From positions 896,001 through 960,000 of the forward strand of contig CBDHDG010000006.1 in assembly GCA_965261595.1 (NCBI GenBank): a DNA stretch of 64,000 nt, written 5' to 3'. The DNA is from a bacterium. GTDB lineage: Bacteria > UBA8248 > JACPRG01 > G963555815. The notes beneath the pieces were generated by a model. It was given only the letters and a program-made list of their open reading frames with translations, ran no database searches and was not told where the DNA came from. This document shows, in pieces, positions 1 through 13,319 of this stretch (position 1 is its first letter; each line of letters opens with the position of its first letter). The translations under genes were made by a program, and so were the position numbers.

Positions 1-442
1 TCCGCCGGATTCCAGGACTCGAAGCGCGTCCGACACCCGGCCGGACTCCACCCAGGCCCTGGCCGCGATGATCCGCGCCCGCGCCTTCCAGACGGAAAAA
101 CGCTCGGGGAAAACCTCCCGGTTCCGCCGAAGAAAACCCTCGGCCAGTCCAGCGGCCTCCTCGTAGGCCCCGTCCGCCAGCGACCGCAAGGCCGAGGACA
201 GGACCTTGGGAATCCGTTTGGGGCCGCCGGGCAAGTCTTCGACGGTCCAGCCGCCGGGGGGGGAAGGGGGGGGGGGGGGGGGGGAGCGAGGCGGACTCGG
301 AAAGGGGCCGGGCCGGAGCCGGCCGCGCCCCCGCCGCCCGGCGTGGAGACAGGATGCCGATGAGAATCAAAAAGCATAGAATGGACACAGCGGGGGCGGG
401 AAGGGATTTTCGGAGCGGCGGTTTTCGGCGAGTCGGGATCAT
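1..442 (-). CDS. 5' part of an exported helical (TPR-like) protein running off the window; frame across the poly-G tract unresolved
   Basis: Minus-strand ATG at 442 gives MIPTRRK...AVSILCFLILIGILS (signal-like); downstream reads ...LSSALRSLADGAYEEAAGLAEGFLRRN...ARIIAARAWVESGRVSDALRVLE; G runs at 256-284. Confidence 0.5.
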   Translation of the reverse strand, partial: MIPTRRKPPLRKSLPAPAVSILCFLILIGILSPRRAAGARPAPARPLSESASLPPPPPPFPPRRLDRRRLARRPQTDSQGPVLGLAVAGGRGLRGGRWTGRGFSSAEPGGFPRAFFRLEGAGADHRGQGLGGVRPGVGRASSPGIRR

Positions 443-598
443 TCTCAGCTTCCGGGACGGGCCGGGGAGCGGGGATGGACCGGCTCATTATCCATCGAGA
501 CGGATCGCTCAGCAAGCGGGGCGCTCCGGATTGTCGGTTCACCTCCCCGGAAGCCAGCGGACCGCCCCCTCATCGAATGTGCGGCGCGGCCGAGACCA

Positions 599-627
599 TT
601 GACTTTTCGGCCCGGCGTTGCTACGTT
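599..627 (+). promoter_or_regulatory. candidate sigma70 promoter of the tol-pal operon
   Basis: TTGACT-N17-TACGTT with TG extension, upstream of tolQ. Confidence 0.45.
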
Positions 628-663
628 CTCAGGCGGCAGGGAATTTCAAATCGAGAGCAATCA

Positions 664-1386
664 GTGCCTACCGTTACAGACCTTTCCCAAGGCGGCGTCT
701 GGAGTCTGATCTCCCATTCCGGGCCCGTGGTCCAATTGGTCCTCCTGATCCTCGTCGCGTTTTCCGTCGCCTCGTGGGCCATCATCCTCTCCAAGCAGCG
801 CACCCTCGTCCACGCCCGGCGTCGGACCGAGGAGTTCCTGGACGCCTTCTGGAAAAATCAGCGTCTGGACGCCCTGTACGATAAATCCGAAGCATGGATC
901 GACAGTCCCGTGTCCAAGGTCTTTCGCGCGGGGTACCGGGAGCTGTCCCGATTGCACGGCGTCGTCGTGAAAGCCGAGGCGGACGCCGATGTTGCGGCGG
1001 CGCCGGAATCGTCCATATTACAGAACGTGAGCCGGGCGATGTCCCGCGCTAGAAACCTGGAGACGACGCGCCTCGAGCGGGCGCTGACCTTTCTGGCCAC
1101 AACGGGCAGCTCGACCCCTTTCATCGGCTTGTTCGGAACGGTGTGGGGGATCATGAACGCCTTTCAAAGCATCGGGCTTTCGGGCGCGGCGAGCCTTGCC
1201 GTCGTGGCGCCGGGCATCAGCGAGGCCCTCATCGCCACGGCCGTCGGTCTGGCGGCGGCGATCCCGGCCGTGATCGCCTATAACACCTATCTCCGGCGGG
1301 TCGAAACCCTCACCATCGAGATGGAAAACTTCTCCGACGAATTCATGAACCTGGTCGACCGGTTCTACGCGGCCCAGTTAAAATAA
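664..1386 (+). CDS. tolQ: TolQ (MotA/TolQ/ExbB family)
   Basis: FLATTGSSTPFIGLFGTVWGIMNAF and APGISEALIATAVGLAAAIPA motifs; first gene of the tol-pal cluster; GTG start at 664 chosen. Confidence 0.93.
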   Translation: MPTVTDLSQGGVWSLISHSGPVVQLVLLILVAFSVASWAIILSKQRTLVHARRRTEEFLDAFWKNQRLDALYDKSEAWIDSPVSKVFRAGYRELSRLHGVVVKAEADADVAAAPESSILQNVSRAMSRARNLETTRLERALTFLATTGSSTPFIGLFGTVWGIMNAFQSIGLSGAASLAVVAPGISEALIATAVGLAAAIPAVIAYNTYLRRVETLTIEMENFSDEFMNLVDRFYAAQLK

Positions 1387-1425
1387 GGCGGGCCCGAGCC
1401 GAACAAGGGGAGTCAAGGTCAGGAC

Positions 1426-1842
1426 ATGGGAGCGAATTCGAAAAAGGGCAGGGCCTTGGCGGAGATCAACGTGACCCCCCTCGTGGACGTCATGCTGGTC
1501 CTGCTGATCATCTTCATGGTCACAGCCCCGATGCTTCAGCAGGGCGTCGACGTGGACCTGCCGGCGGTGGCCGCCCGCGAGCTCCCGCTCCAGAGCGGCC
1601 AACTCATTGTGTCCATCACCAAGGACCGCCGGGTTTTCCTCAACCGGGCCCTCTTGACCGTCCCGCAGCTGCGGGAAAAACTCATGGCGATTTACCGCGA
1701 AAAACCGAACAAGGAAATTTTCCTCCGGGCCGATCGGGATGTCCCCTACGGATTCGTCGTGGGGACGATGGCCGCCATCCGGGCCAGCGGCATCCACCGG
1801 GTCGGGATGGTGACGGAGGCCGCGACAGTGAAACAACCATGA
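1426..1842 (+). CDS. tolR: TolR (ExbD/TolR family)
   Basis: AEINVTPLVDVMLVLLIIFMVTAPM and LRADRDVPYG motifs. Confidence 0.93.
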   Translation: MGANSKKGRALAEINVTPLVDVMLVLLIIFMVTAPMLQQGVDVDLPAVAARELPLQSGQLIVSITKDRRVFLNRALLTVPQLREKLMAIYREKPNKEIFLRADRDVPYGFVVGTMAAIRASGIHRVGMVTEAATVKQP

Positions 1843-2849
1843 GGCGCGACGACCCGGAACCGAAAACCCGCTGGGGCCCGATGGTCCTGGCGTCCGTCGC
1901 GGTCCACGCCCTGGTCATCGGCGGGGTGGTGATTCTGGCGTCGGGCTCGCCCCCCCCCCGGCTGCTCTACGCCCCTTCCATGAGCGTGGGCCTGGTGAGC
2001 CCGGGAGAGGTCGGACTCCCTCCCGGGGGGGGCGGCGACCCCTCCGTCCCTCCGAACACAGATCGACCCAGCGGGAAATCCGCTCCCAAGACCAAGGTGA
2101 AAGCGCCCGCCGAAAGTCCCCGGCCGAAGGTTGAAAAACCCAAACCCGAAATCACCCGGGCCTTGTCCCTCAAGCTGGAGCCCAGAGCAAAGCGGCCGAA
2201 ACCCAAGACGGCAAAGCCGCCCAAAGCGGTGGTCCGGGTCCCGAAGAAGGCCCCGCGCAAGCAGCCGCCGAAGAAGAAACGGGCGGCCGCGCCGCGCGGG
2301 GACGCACCGCCCAAAAAGGTAAAAAAGAAACGCCGGACAAAAACGCCGGCGGTCTCCGCCAAGACCCGGAGGAAACCCGCCGCCGGAAAGCTCGCGGGAA
2401 AGGAGTTGGACGCGCTGGATCGGATACGCAAGCGGCTTCTGGCCCGGGCGAGCCGGCCCGCCGGACGCAGGGGCGGGGCCGAAACGAGACGGCGCGGGGG
2501 CGGCCCGGGCAAACCGGGCGGGGGCGGATACAGCGGACCCGGAGGGCGGGATTCCTATAAGAACGAGTTGGCCCGGATCTTCTACGCCGCGTGGGTCCTG
2601 CCGCGGTCCATTCCCACCGAGGGTCTCAAGGTCGATCTCATCATTCATATTGACCGCGGCGGCCGAATTGTGAAAACAGATATCAAGAGCCCATCCGGAA
2701 ATCGCCTCTTTGACGAATCCGTCCTGCGCGCCGTCGCCAAGGTGGACACCGCGGGCGGACTTCCCCCGCTGCCGCCGGGAATCCCCGAAAGCCCGCTGGT
2801 TCAGGGCTTCCGGTTCGACCCAAAATTCCATCGAGGATTCACACGCTGA
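1839..2849 (+). CDS. tolA: TolA/TonB-like envelope protein
   Basis: N-terminal TM helix with SxxxH (SVAVH), Lys/Pro-rich linker, C-terminal SGNRLFDESVLRAV domain; lies between tolR and tolB. Confidence 0.8.
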   Translation: MRRDDPEPKTRWGPMVLASVAVHALVIGGVVILASGSPPPRLLYAPSMSVGLVSPGEVGLPPGGGGDPSVPPNTDRPSGKSAPKTKVKAPAESPRPKVEKPKPEITRALSLKLEPRAKRPKPKTAKPPKAVVRVPKKAPRKQPPKKKRAAAPRGDAPPKKVKKKRRTKTPAVSAKTRRKPAAGKLAGKELDALDRIRKRLLARASRPAGRRGGAETRRRGGGPGKPGGGGYSGPGGRDSYKNELARIFYAAWVLPRSIPTEGLKVDLIIHIDRGGRIVKTDIKSPSGNRLFDESVLRAVAKVDTAGGLPPLPPGIPESPLVQGFRFDPKFHRGFTR

Positions 2850-4195
2850 AAACGCGCGTTTGCGGGAATATCACCCTTCGGCTTTTTCTCCTGGCCGCCC
2901 TTCTGGGGAGCGGACCCACGGGCGGGCTGGTTGGGGCCACGGCCGCATCGGCCCAACCCCAACCGAAGGACTACATCATCATCGGCCCCGGAGGCGGGCG
3001 GCAATTGCCTCTGGCGGTGGACGCCTTCCGCGATTTGGGTCCGGTCCCCTCCGAAACACCGCTGGGCCTGAAGCTCACACGGGTCATCACCGAGGACCTG
3101 AAGGCGACGGGGCTGTTCCGTCTCCTGGACTCCGTCTCGTTTCTCGAGGACCCCCTCAGCAACAGCATGTTGCCGGATCAGATCGATTTTCGGAGTTGGG
3201 CCACGATCGGCGCCGAGGCCTTGATCAAAGGCAGGTTCCGACTGAAAGGGGACCGCATCGAGGTGGAGGCCCGGCTGTTCGAGGTGGTCCGAAGCACGAT
3301 GGTGGCGGGGAAGCGTTATCAGGGCAAAGCATCGGATTTCCGGCGCATCGCCCACAGTTTCTCCAACGAGGTCGTCCGGTTCTTCACCGGCGAGCCCGGG
3401 ATTTTCGATACGCGGATCGCCTTCGTGTCCTCCCGCCGGGGAAGCAAAGAAATCTTCCTCATGGATTATGACGGATTCTCCCCCCGGCAGATCACCCGGA
3501 ACGGGACGATCAACCTGACCCCCAGGTGGTCGCCGGACGGGAACCGGCTGGCCTACACCTCGTACCGCGAGCGCCGTCCCGGCGTTTTTGTGACCGACCT
3601 CATCCGGGGCGGAACACGGCGGCTGGCCCTGAAAGCCGATTTGGCCACCGGAGCGGTCTGGTCGCCGGACGGCTCGATGATCGCCGTCGCGCTGGGCCGC
3701 CGGGGAAACACGGACCTCTTTCTTTTTCAGTCCGACGGCCGCCTGATTCGGCGGCTCACGACCCATTTCGCCATCGACGTGGACCCGTCCTGGTCGCCCG
3801 GCGGCAAGACCCTCGCCTTCACGTCCAACCGCTCCGGGTCTCCGCAGGTCTACCTGATGGACGTCACGGGAAAGAACATCCGGCGGATCACCTTCGAAGG
3901 CCGATACAACTCCTCGCCCGCTTGGTCGCCCAAAGGGGACCTCATCGCTTTCAACGGGATGAACAAGGGCGAGTTCAAGCTGTTCGTCATCCGTCCCGAC
4001 GGCACGGGAGCGCGGCGGCTCACCTCGGTGAAGGGGGGGCAGTCCGATCCGGCGTGGTCGCCCGACGGCCGGTTCCTGGCCTTTACGTTGGAGAGAGGAA
4101 GAAAATCGGTCTACCGGATGAATGTGGCTTCCGGATCCCTGCGGCGGCTGGGAGGGGGCGAGTCTCCGGCCTGGTCTCCCCGCAGGAAAAAATAG
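2846..4195 (+). CDS. tolB: TolB beta-propeller protein, probable CTG start
   Basis: Repeated PxWSPDG (PD40) motifs; frame extends upstream of 3005 through a signal peptide to CTG 2846, overlapping the tolA TGA. Confidence 0.92.
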   Translation: MKTRVCGNITLRLFLLAALLGSGPTGGLVGATAASAQPQPKDYIIIGPGGGRQLPLAVDAFRDLGPVPSETPLGLKLTRVITEDLKATGLFRLLDSVSFLEDPLSNSMLPDQIDFRSWATIGAEALIKGRFRLKGDRIEVEARLFEVVRSTMVAGKRYQGKASDFRRIAHSFSNEVVRFFTGEPGIFDTRIAFVSSRRGSKEIFLMDYDGFSPRQITRNGTINLTPRWSPDGNRLAYTSYRERRPGVFVTDLIRGGTRRLALKADLATGAVWSPDGSMIAVALGRRGNTDLFLFQSDGRLIRRLTTHFAIDVDPSWSPGGKTLAFTSNRSGSPQVYLMDVTGKNIRRITFEGRYNSSPAWSPKGDLIAFNGMNKGEFKLFVIRPDGTGARRLTSVKGGQSDPAWSPDGRFLAFTLERGRKSVYRMNVASGSLRRLGGGESPAWSPRRKK

Positions 4196-4312
4196 TGAAA
4201 ATGAATTGCGCAACACCTACGTACACATGATATCCTTAGCAGGCTATCGTGGTGGATTTTCCGTGTCCACCCGCGACTTGGCCAGAGAGATTCTGAAATA
4301 GGAGATAAATGC

Positions 4313-4894
4313 ATGTGGTTTAAAGGGGTCCGTGAACGCATCCCGTTCCTGCTGGTTGTAGGATTAGCCATTGTGTTGGTGGGCTGCCCCAAGAAAGCGC
4401 CACCGGTGAAGCCGGCTGAGCCCGCGAAGCCCAAGGAGGCCCCCGTCACCCGGGCGGAGGTTCCGAAACCACCCCCGGCGCCGCCGGCCGCCCCCAAGGT
4501 CGATGTAGAGGACGCAAACGCCAAGCGGGCCCGCGAGTTCCAGGGGGCCATGCGGGCCTTTGAGAGCGAGCTCGTTCACTTCGACTTCGACCGCTCGGAG
4601 ATCAAAGGCGGATCCAAATCGGTCCTCGCGCGAAAGGCGAACTTCCTGAGGAGGTTCGGGAATGTCCGGATTCAGATCGAGGGACATTGCGATGATCGGG
4701 GCTCCATCCAATACAACCTCGCACTGGGAGACCGGCGCGCCAACAGCGTAAAGGCCTATCTGGTCGCATTGGGGATCGCGACGAATCGGATCTCCACCAT
4801 CAGCTTCGGCGAAGAGCGGCCCATGGCGCGCGCCGCCAATGAAGCGGCTTGGGCCAAAAACCGCCGGGCGAAATTCGTCGTCATCGGGCAGTAA
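4313..4894 (+). CDS. pal: peptidoglycan-associated lipoprotein Pal
   Basis: Lipobox LVGC; OmpA-like HFDFDRS, IEGHCDDRGS, YNLALGDRRA, NRRA. Confidence 0.93.
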   Translation: MWFKGVRERIPFLLVVGLAIVLVGCPKKAPPVKPAEPAKPKEAPVTRAEVPKPPPAPPAAPKVDVEDANAKRAREFQGAMRAFESELVHFDFDRSEIKGGSKSVLARKANFLRRFGNVRIQIEGHCDDRGSIQYNLALGDRRANSVKAYLVALGIATNRISTISFGEERPMARAANEAAWAKNRRAKFVVIGQ

Positions 4895-4945
4895 TGGGTC
4901 GAGACCCTTCCGGGCCGGGCCGGGATCACGGGGATATTTGACGAA

Positions 4946-5884
4946 ATGGCGTGGCGGGCCGGTGTCATCCTGGCGGGTTTGTTGATCCTCCTGACGGGTT
5001 GCACCACCAACGAAGAAGTCGAGTTGCTCCGGTCGGATATCCGCAGGTTGAAGCGGGAAGTCCGGCAGGTCCGGGATGAAGGGAGCAAGAAAACCCAGGC
5101 CCTTCAAGCCGCGGTGAAGCCGGTTGCGGCCCGTCTCGAGATCCTGAATAAGGAGATCGAAAAAATACGCCGGACCCAGGCGGACTATGAAACCCGCCTG
5201 GAATCGACCCGGCGAGCGGCCACCAAGGCCACAGGCTCGGTGGAAGAACGCCGGTTTCGGTCGCGAAAGCGGGAACAGGAACTGCTCGATCAGCAAAAAA
5301 CGATGGCATCCCGTTTGGTGATCCTGGAGAAGGATCTGGCCTTTTTGAAACGGACCTTCGGCGTCAGCCGCCCGCCTCCGGGGACGGTCGCGGCCGCACG
5401 GCCGCCCGCGCCGGCCGCTCCGCCGCCTTCTCCTTCTCGCTCGGCCAGTCCGATTCCCCCTACAACGGCCGCTGTCCCGACGCCCCCTCCGGTGGCGCCG
5501 CCGCCTGTGATCGCCGACGATGCCCGGGCTCAGACGTCCGCGCTGACGCTTCTGAAGGGGGGGCAGCTGAAAGATGCGCGCCGCAAATTCCAAGAACTGC
5601 TCCGCCGTTTTCCCACCTCAAGGCTCGCCGACGACGCCCAATACTGGATTGGGGAAACCTATTACCTGGAGAAGCGGTACGACAAGGCCATTCTCGAGTA
5701 CGACAAGGTGGTCATTAACTACGCGAAGGGCGACAAGGTGCCGGGCGCGCTTTTGAAGCAGGGATTCGCGTTCCTCGCCTTGGGCGACAAAGCGTCGGCC
5801 AAGCAGTTGTTGAACCAGCTTGTCGGTGAATACCCCGATTCGGATGAGGCGAAAACGGCTCGGTCCAGACTGTTGAACCTGTGA
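4946..5884 (+). CDS. cpoB: Tol-Pal protein CpoB/YbgF
   Basis: Lipobox LTGC, coiled coil, TPR region ADDAQYWIGETYY / KVPGALLKQG; follows pal. Confidence 0.88.
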   Translation: MAWRAGVILAGLLILLTGCTTNEEVELLRSDIRRLKREVRQVRDEGSKKTQALQAAVKPVAARLEILNKEIEKIRRTQADYETRLESTRRAATKATGSVEERRFRSRKREQELLDQQKTMASRLVILEKDLAFLKRTFGVSRPPPGTVAAARPPAPAAPPPSPSRSASPIPPTTAAVPTPPPVAPPPVIADDARAQTSALTLLKGGQLKDARRKFQELLRRFPTSRLADDAQYWIGETYYLEKRYDKAILEYDKVVINYAKGDKVPGALLKQGFAFLALGDKASAKQLLNQLVGEYPDSDEAKTARSRLLNL

Positions 5885-6011
5885 GCATAGGCGCCCCACG
5901 CGGTCCTTTTCCGGTCAAAGTCCCTTACGGATCCAAGTCTCCGACCGCCGCGGCATGACGCTCGAAAGGTTCCGAAACACCCTGATGGGCCCGTCGTTTT
6001 TTTAATTCGAC

Positions 6012-8780
6012 ATGTGGAGAGCCAAGAAAAAGCGCTCGGCGGCGGGAAGGGTTTTCAAGGCTCTGGGAGTCCTTGTTCTTCTTTGTCTCGCCCTCCTTCT
6101 CGCGGTCCCCTACCTTGTCAATCTGGACGGATTCCGCACACGCCTCATCCGGGAGTTAAGCCGGCGGCTGGGCAGACCCGTTGAGGTGTCGTCGCTTCGG
6201 TTCCGGACGCTTCCCCGGCTGAGCCTCGACATCCTGGGATTGCGTATCCTCGACCCCCCCGAATTCGGAGGGAAGGCCGCCCTCACCGCCGAATCTCTTC
6301 GGGTGATCGTGCGCATCCTCCCTCTGCTCCGGGGGCGGGTGGAAGTTCAGAGGCTCGGCCTGGACCGGCCCATGGTGGTGTTCCGCCGCAACTGGGCCGG
6401 ATTCAATAACCTCTTCGGCCCCCGGTCGGCGCCCGCTCCCTCCGCGCGCCGGGTTCCGGCTGGCCCGCCTTCTCCCGCCGAGCCGCCTCCTCCCGAGCTC
6501 CCCGCCGAGCCCTCCTCCTTGTTAGCGGGTCTTCTCATCGGGGACTTGAACATCGAAAACGCCGGGTTCTGGATCGAGGACGCCAAGGCCGGCGCGCCCG
6601 TCATCCTGGACGGGATTCAGGTCGCCATCACGCGAACCGCCGCGGATTCACCGATCACCATCCGCCTCAAAGCCGAAAGGCCCGGTCTTCAAATCAATGC
6701 CGTCATCGGTCCGGTGAATTGGGGGGACATCCCCGCCACCCCGGCCGATGTCCGCATGACCCTGCGCCCGGGGTGGATCCGCGCCCTTCGGCCCTGGATC
6801 GACCGCACTCTCCGGGGCGGCCCCCTCCACATCAGCCAAGGAGAAATTTCCGGGGACCTGGCATTCCGTGGAAACCTCCGCCAAGCGACCGTCAAGGCGG
6901 ATATCTCCATAACGGGACTCGCGGGCCGAATCTTCTCCCTTCCCCTGAAAGGAGACCCGCAACTCGAGCTCCGGCTCAAATCAGACCTCGAAATTTCGAT
7001 GCCCGATTCCCGGACCTCCCCCGCCTTCAAAGCCGATGGAGAGGTCTCGGTCGGAGGCCTCCTCTTTCATTGGACGGCCCGGGGGACCACGGATTCCAAG
7101 AACCGGCGGTTCGAGGCGGAAATCCAAGGCACCCGCTTGCGAGGCGCGGACCTGGGGCCGATTCTGAAGGCCATCCTCCAAGAGAAGGCCGACCCCTTGG
7201 AAATTGCCGGCCTCCTCGGTTTCAACGTAAAGATCAAAAGCAAGGGCCGGGACGCCTCTGTGGACCTGACGCTCGACGCCGGGGAGGTCCGGGCGCGCTA
7301 CGGCGACCTCTTTCAAAAAGGCGCGGGAATCCCCCTGAAGCTCGCGGGGAAATGGGTCTCGGCCCCCAACCGGGTCGAGATCAAGCCCATCGCCTTTGAC
7401 TTGCGGCAACTCCGTTTCCGTGGAGAGATGCGGCAATCCGGAGGTCTCATGAGTCTGCGGGGCGATTTCGATCCCTTCGACCTGGAAGGCCTGGACACCT
7501 TGTTCCCCCGATTGAGGCCGCTGGGACTCGCGGGGAAAGTCCGAATCGGGTTGATCGCCAACGGCGCCCCGGCGGAAATCCTGAAGAAAAACGCCCAGCT
7601 CCAGGTGACTGTCGAGGACGGCGCGGCGACGCTTCCGGGCGGCCCCATCCGGATCCGGGACCTGGAGGCCTTTCTGCTGCTCACCCCCCGGTCCGCTCAA
7701 ATCAGCCGGTCGAAGGCGAGGATCGGAAAAAGCCGCCTGGAGCTGGAGGCCACGCTCGTCGACTTCAGCGCGCCGCGAATCCGCTTCGACCTGCGGGCGC
7801 CTTCATTTCTTCTCGAAGATTTCCTGCCCAAGAAACGGCCTCCCGACAAGGCCGCCGCCGCGGACCCGCCCCTCATCCAAAAAGCCTCTTTCTCGCCCCG
7901 CCGGCCGACCCGGTTGACCGTAGCGCAAACGCGGAAAGCCCCCCGGCGCAAGCCGACGTTGGCGGACTCCCTGAAGGGCGTCCGGGCGGAAGGGACCCTC
8001 CGAATCGAGAAAGGCGAAGCGCAAGGCGTGCGGTTCGAGAAACTGTTCGCCGCCCTCCGCCTCCAGGACGGAAAGGTGATCGCCGACCCCTTGAAGGCGC
8101 GGCTTTACGGCGGGACAATGAACGCCTCCGGGGAGTACGCCCTGGATCGTGAGCCCGCGGCCTTCCGGGGCCGACTGGCCCTGAGGGCCGTCCGGATCGA
8201 GGAGGCCATCGCCGAGCACGCGCCCGGGCCTCCCTGGGTCACGGGCCGCGCCGATCTCAACACCGACTTCGAAGGCGCGGGGACAGGGGCGGAGGCGCTG
8301 ACGCGTTCGCTTTCCGCCCGGGGGAAAATCTCCATCCAGGATGGAGAGGTGCGCAACATGGCGTTTCTGGCGAATGTGGAACGCCTGATGCACATGCCCG
8401 GAATCTTCGGCCTGAAGGATGGGAAAAAGCGGTTTCAGCGGCTGGAAGGGCCGTTCGAGATCCGCAAGGGCAAGGTGCGCTTCCCCTCGCTGAAACTCGA
8501 CTCGCCCGGACTTTCCATGACCGCGAAGGGCGAGGTCGGCTTTGACTTGCGAAGCCGGTTGGACATCACGGCAACGTTCGACAAGAAGGCCACCCGGACC
8601 CTCTCCAAGGGTCTTTTCGGGGCGCTGCTGGGGGCCGCCGAGAATTTAGAGATCCCATTCCACGTCCGAGGCCCTTTGCTCGCGCCCCGGGTCACCCTCA
8701 ACCCCCGATTCCTGAAAAAAAGCCTCGGGCGAAACCCGGAGAAATTCATCCGGGACGCCCTCGACAGGCTGCTGCGCTGA
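6012..8780 (+). CDS. AsmA-family protein
   Basis: N-terminal TM followed by LSRRLGRPVEV; beta-rich 922 aa; ARLYGGT motif and AsmA-like C-terminus. Confidence 0.8.
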   Translation: MWRAKKKRSAAGRVFKALGVLVLLCLALLLAVPYLVNLDGFRTRLIRELSRRLGRPVEVSSLRFRTLPRLSLDILGLRILDPPEFGGKAALTAESLRVIVRILPLLRGRVEVQRLGLDRPMVVFRRNWAGFNNLFGPRSAPAPSARRVPAGPPSPAEPPPPELPAEPSSLLAGLLIGDLNIENAGFWIEDAKAGAPVILDGIQVAITRTAADSPITIRLKAERPGLQINAVIGPVNWGDIPATPADVRMTLRPGWIRALRPWIDRTLRGGPLHISQGEISGDLAFRGNLRQATVKADISITGLAGRIFSLPLKGDPQLELRLKSDLEISMPDSRTSPAFKADGEVSVGGLLFHWTARGTTDSKNRRFEAEIQGTRLRGADLGPILKAILQEKADPLEIAGLLGFNVKIKSKGRDASVDLTLDAGEVRARYGDLFQKGAGIPLKLAGKWVSAPNRVEIKPIAFDLRQLRFRGEMRQSGGLMSLRGDFDPFDLEGLDTLFPRLRPLGLAGKVRIGLIANGAPAEILKKNAQLQVTVEDGAATLPGGPIRIRDLEAFLLLTPRSAQISRSKARIGKSRLELEATLVDFSAPRIRFDLRAPSFLLEDFLPKKRPPDKAAAADPPLIQKASFSPRRPTRLTVAQTRKAPRRKPTLADSLKGVRAEGTLRIEKGEAQGVRFEKLFAALRLQDGKVIADPLKARLYGGTMNASGEYALDREPAAFRGRLALRAVRIEEAIAEHAPGPPWVTGRADLNTDFEGAGTGAEALTRSLSARGKISIQDGEVRNMAFLANVERLMHMPGIFGLKDGKKRFQRLEGPFEIRKGKVRFPSLKLDSPGLSMTAKGEVGFDLRSRLDITATFDKKATRTLSKGLFGALLGAAENLEIPFHVRGPLLAPRVTLNPRFLKKSLGRNPEKFIRDALDRLLR

Positions 8781-8792
8781 GAGGATTTTCCC

Positions 8793-12103
<3,311 letters not shown>

Positions 12104-12250
12104 CGGTCCGGGCGATAGTTATTGAAACGGCCGAATCCCGGGGGAGGGAGGGGGGGGGGGGAACGCGAGCCCGGCCGGATTGATACATCGGGCCGCGACA
12201 CGGCCGGCGAATCGGGGGCGGCGCCTTCCACCGCCGGACAGGAGAGTTGA

Positions 12251-13114
12251 TTGAGAGTCAAGAAGGCCGTTTTTCCCGTCGCCGGGCTCGGGACCCGGTT
12301 TCTTCCCGCCACAAAGGCGTCCCCCAAAGAAATGCTCCCCCTGCTGGACAAGCCGCTCATCCAGTACGGCGTGGAAGAGGCCAAGGCCTCCGGCATCGAT
12401 GAGGTCATCTTCGTGACCGGCCGGGGCAAGCGCGCCATCGAGGATCACTTCGACGTCTCGGTCGAGCTGGAAAAGGCGCTGGCGGATAAGGGCCAGACCG
12501 AGCTCCTCGAAGAGATCCAGGCCATCTCCAACATGGTCAAATGCGTTTACATCCGGCAGAAGGAGGCCCTGGGCCTGGGACACGCAATCCTGTGCGCCCG
12601 GGACCTGGTGGGGGATGAGCCGTTCGTCGTCATCCTGAGCGACGACATCATCGACGCAGAAAAACCAGTTACGGCCCAGGCCATCGAAGTGTTCGACAAC
12701 CATGGTGGGTCCGTGGTTGCGCTGAAGACCATACGGCGCGAGGCGATCAGCGCTTACGGGGTCATTGCGGGGGAAACTGTCGAAGAGCGCGTCTGGCGAA
12801 TTCGGGACTTAGTGGAAAAGCCGGCCCCTGAAGACGCCCCTTCGGACCTCGCAGTGATCGGGCGGTACGTGCTCACCCCGGCGATCTTTGATATCCTGAG
12901 CAAGACGCAACCGGACCACCGCGGCGAGATCCAGCTCACGGACGGTCTTCGGGTCTTGTGTCGGGAAGAGCCCGTCTTCGGTCTGGCGTTCGAGGGGAAG
13001 CGTTACGACGCCGGAAACGTCTTGGGATTTTTGGAAGCGACGGTCGAGCTCGCGCTGAAGCGGCCCGACCTGTCGGAAACCTTTCGGACATACCTCAAGG
13101 GCCTTGCGCTCTAA
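12251..13114 (+). CDS. galU: UTP-glucose-1-phosphate uridylyltransferase
   Basis: KAVFPVAGLGTRFLPATKASPKEML, LGLGHAIL, VEKP, GEIQLTD. Confidence 0.95.
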   Translation: MRVKKAVFPVAGLGTRFLPATKASPKEMLPLLDKPLIQYGVEEAKASGIDEVIFVTGRGKRAIEDHFDVSVELEKALADKGQTELLEEIQAISNMVKCVYIRQKEALGLGHAILCARDLVGDEPFVVILSDDIIDAEKPVTAQAIEVFDNHGGSVVALKTIRREAISAYGVIAGETVEERVWRIRDLVEKPAPEDAPSDLAVIGRYVLTPAIFDILSKTQPDHRGEIQLTDGLRVLCREEPVFGLAFEGKRYDAGNVLGFLEATVELALKRPDLSETFRTYLKGLAL

Positions 13115-13319
13115 GGAAGGAGCCGGCCGGTCCGGCCGGAGGTCGCGCGCCTGGATCGACCCGCCGGACCCACCAACCATGAACACGGACCCGGACGAAC
13201 CTCCCGCCCGCGAATTTCTGTCGGTCGCCGCCCGCGATAAGCGGCGGCACGGCCGCCTCCGGCGGCGCGGCCTCGCGCCCGCCCCGATCCTCCTCCCCTT
13301 TTCCTCCCGCCGCGCCTAA

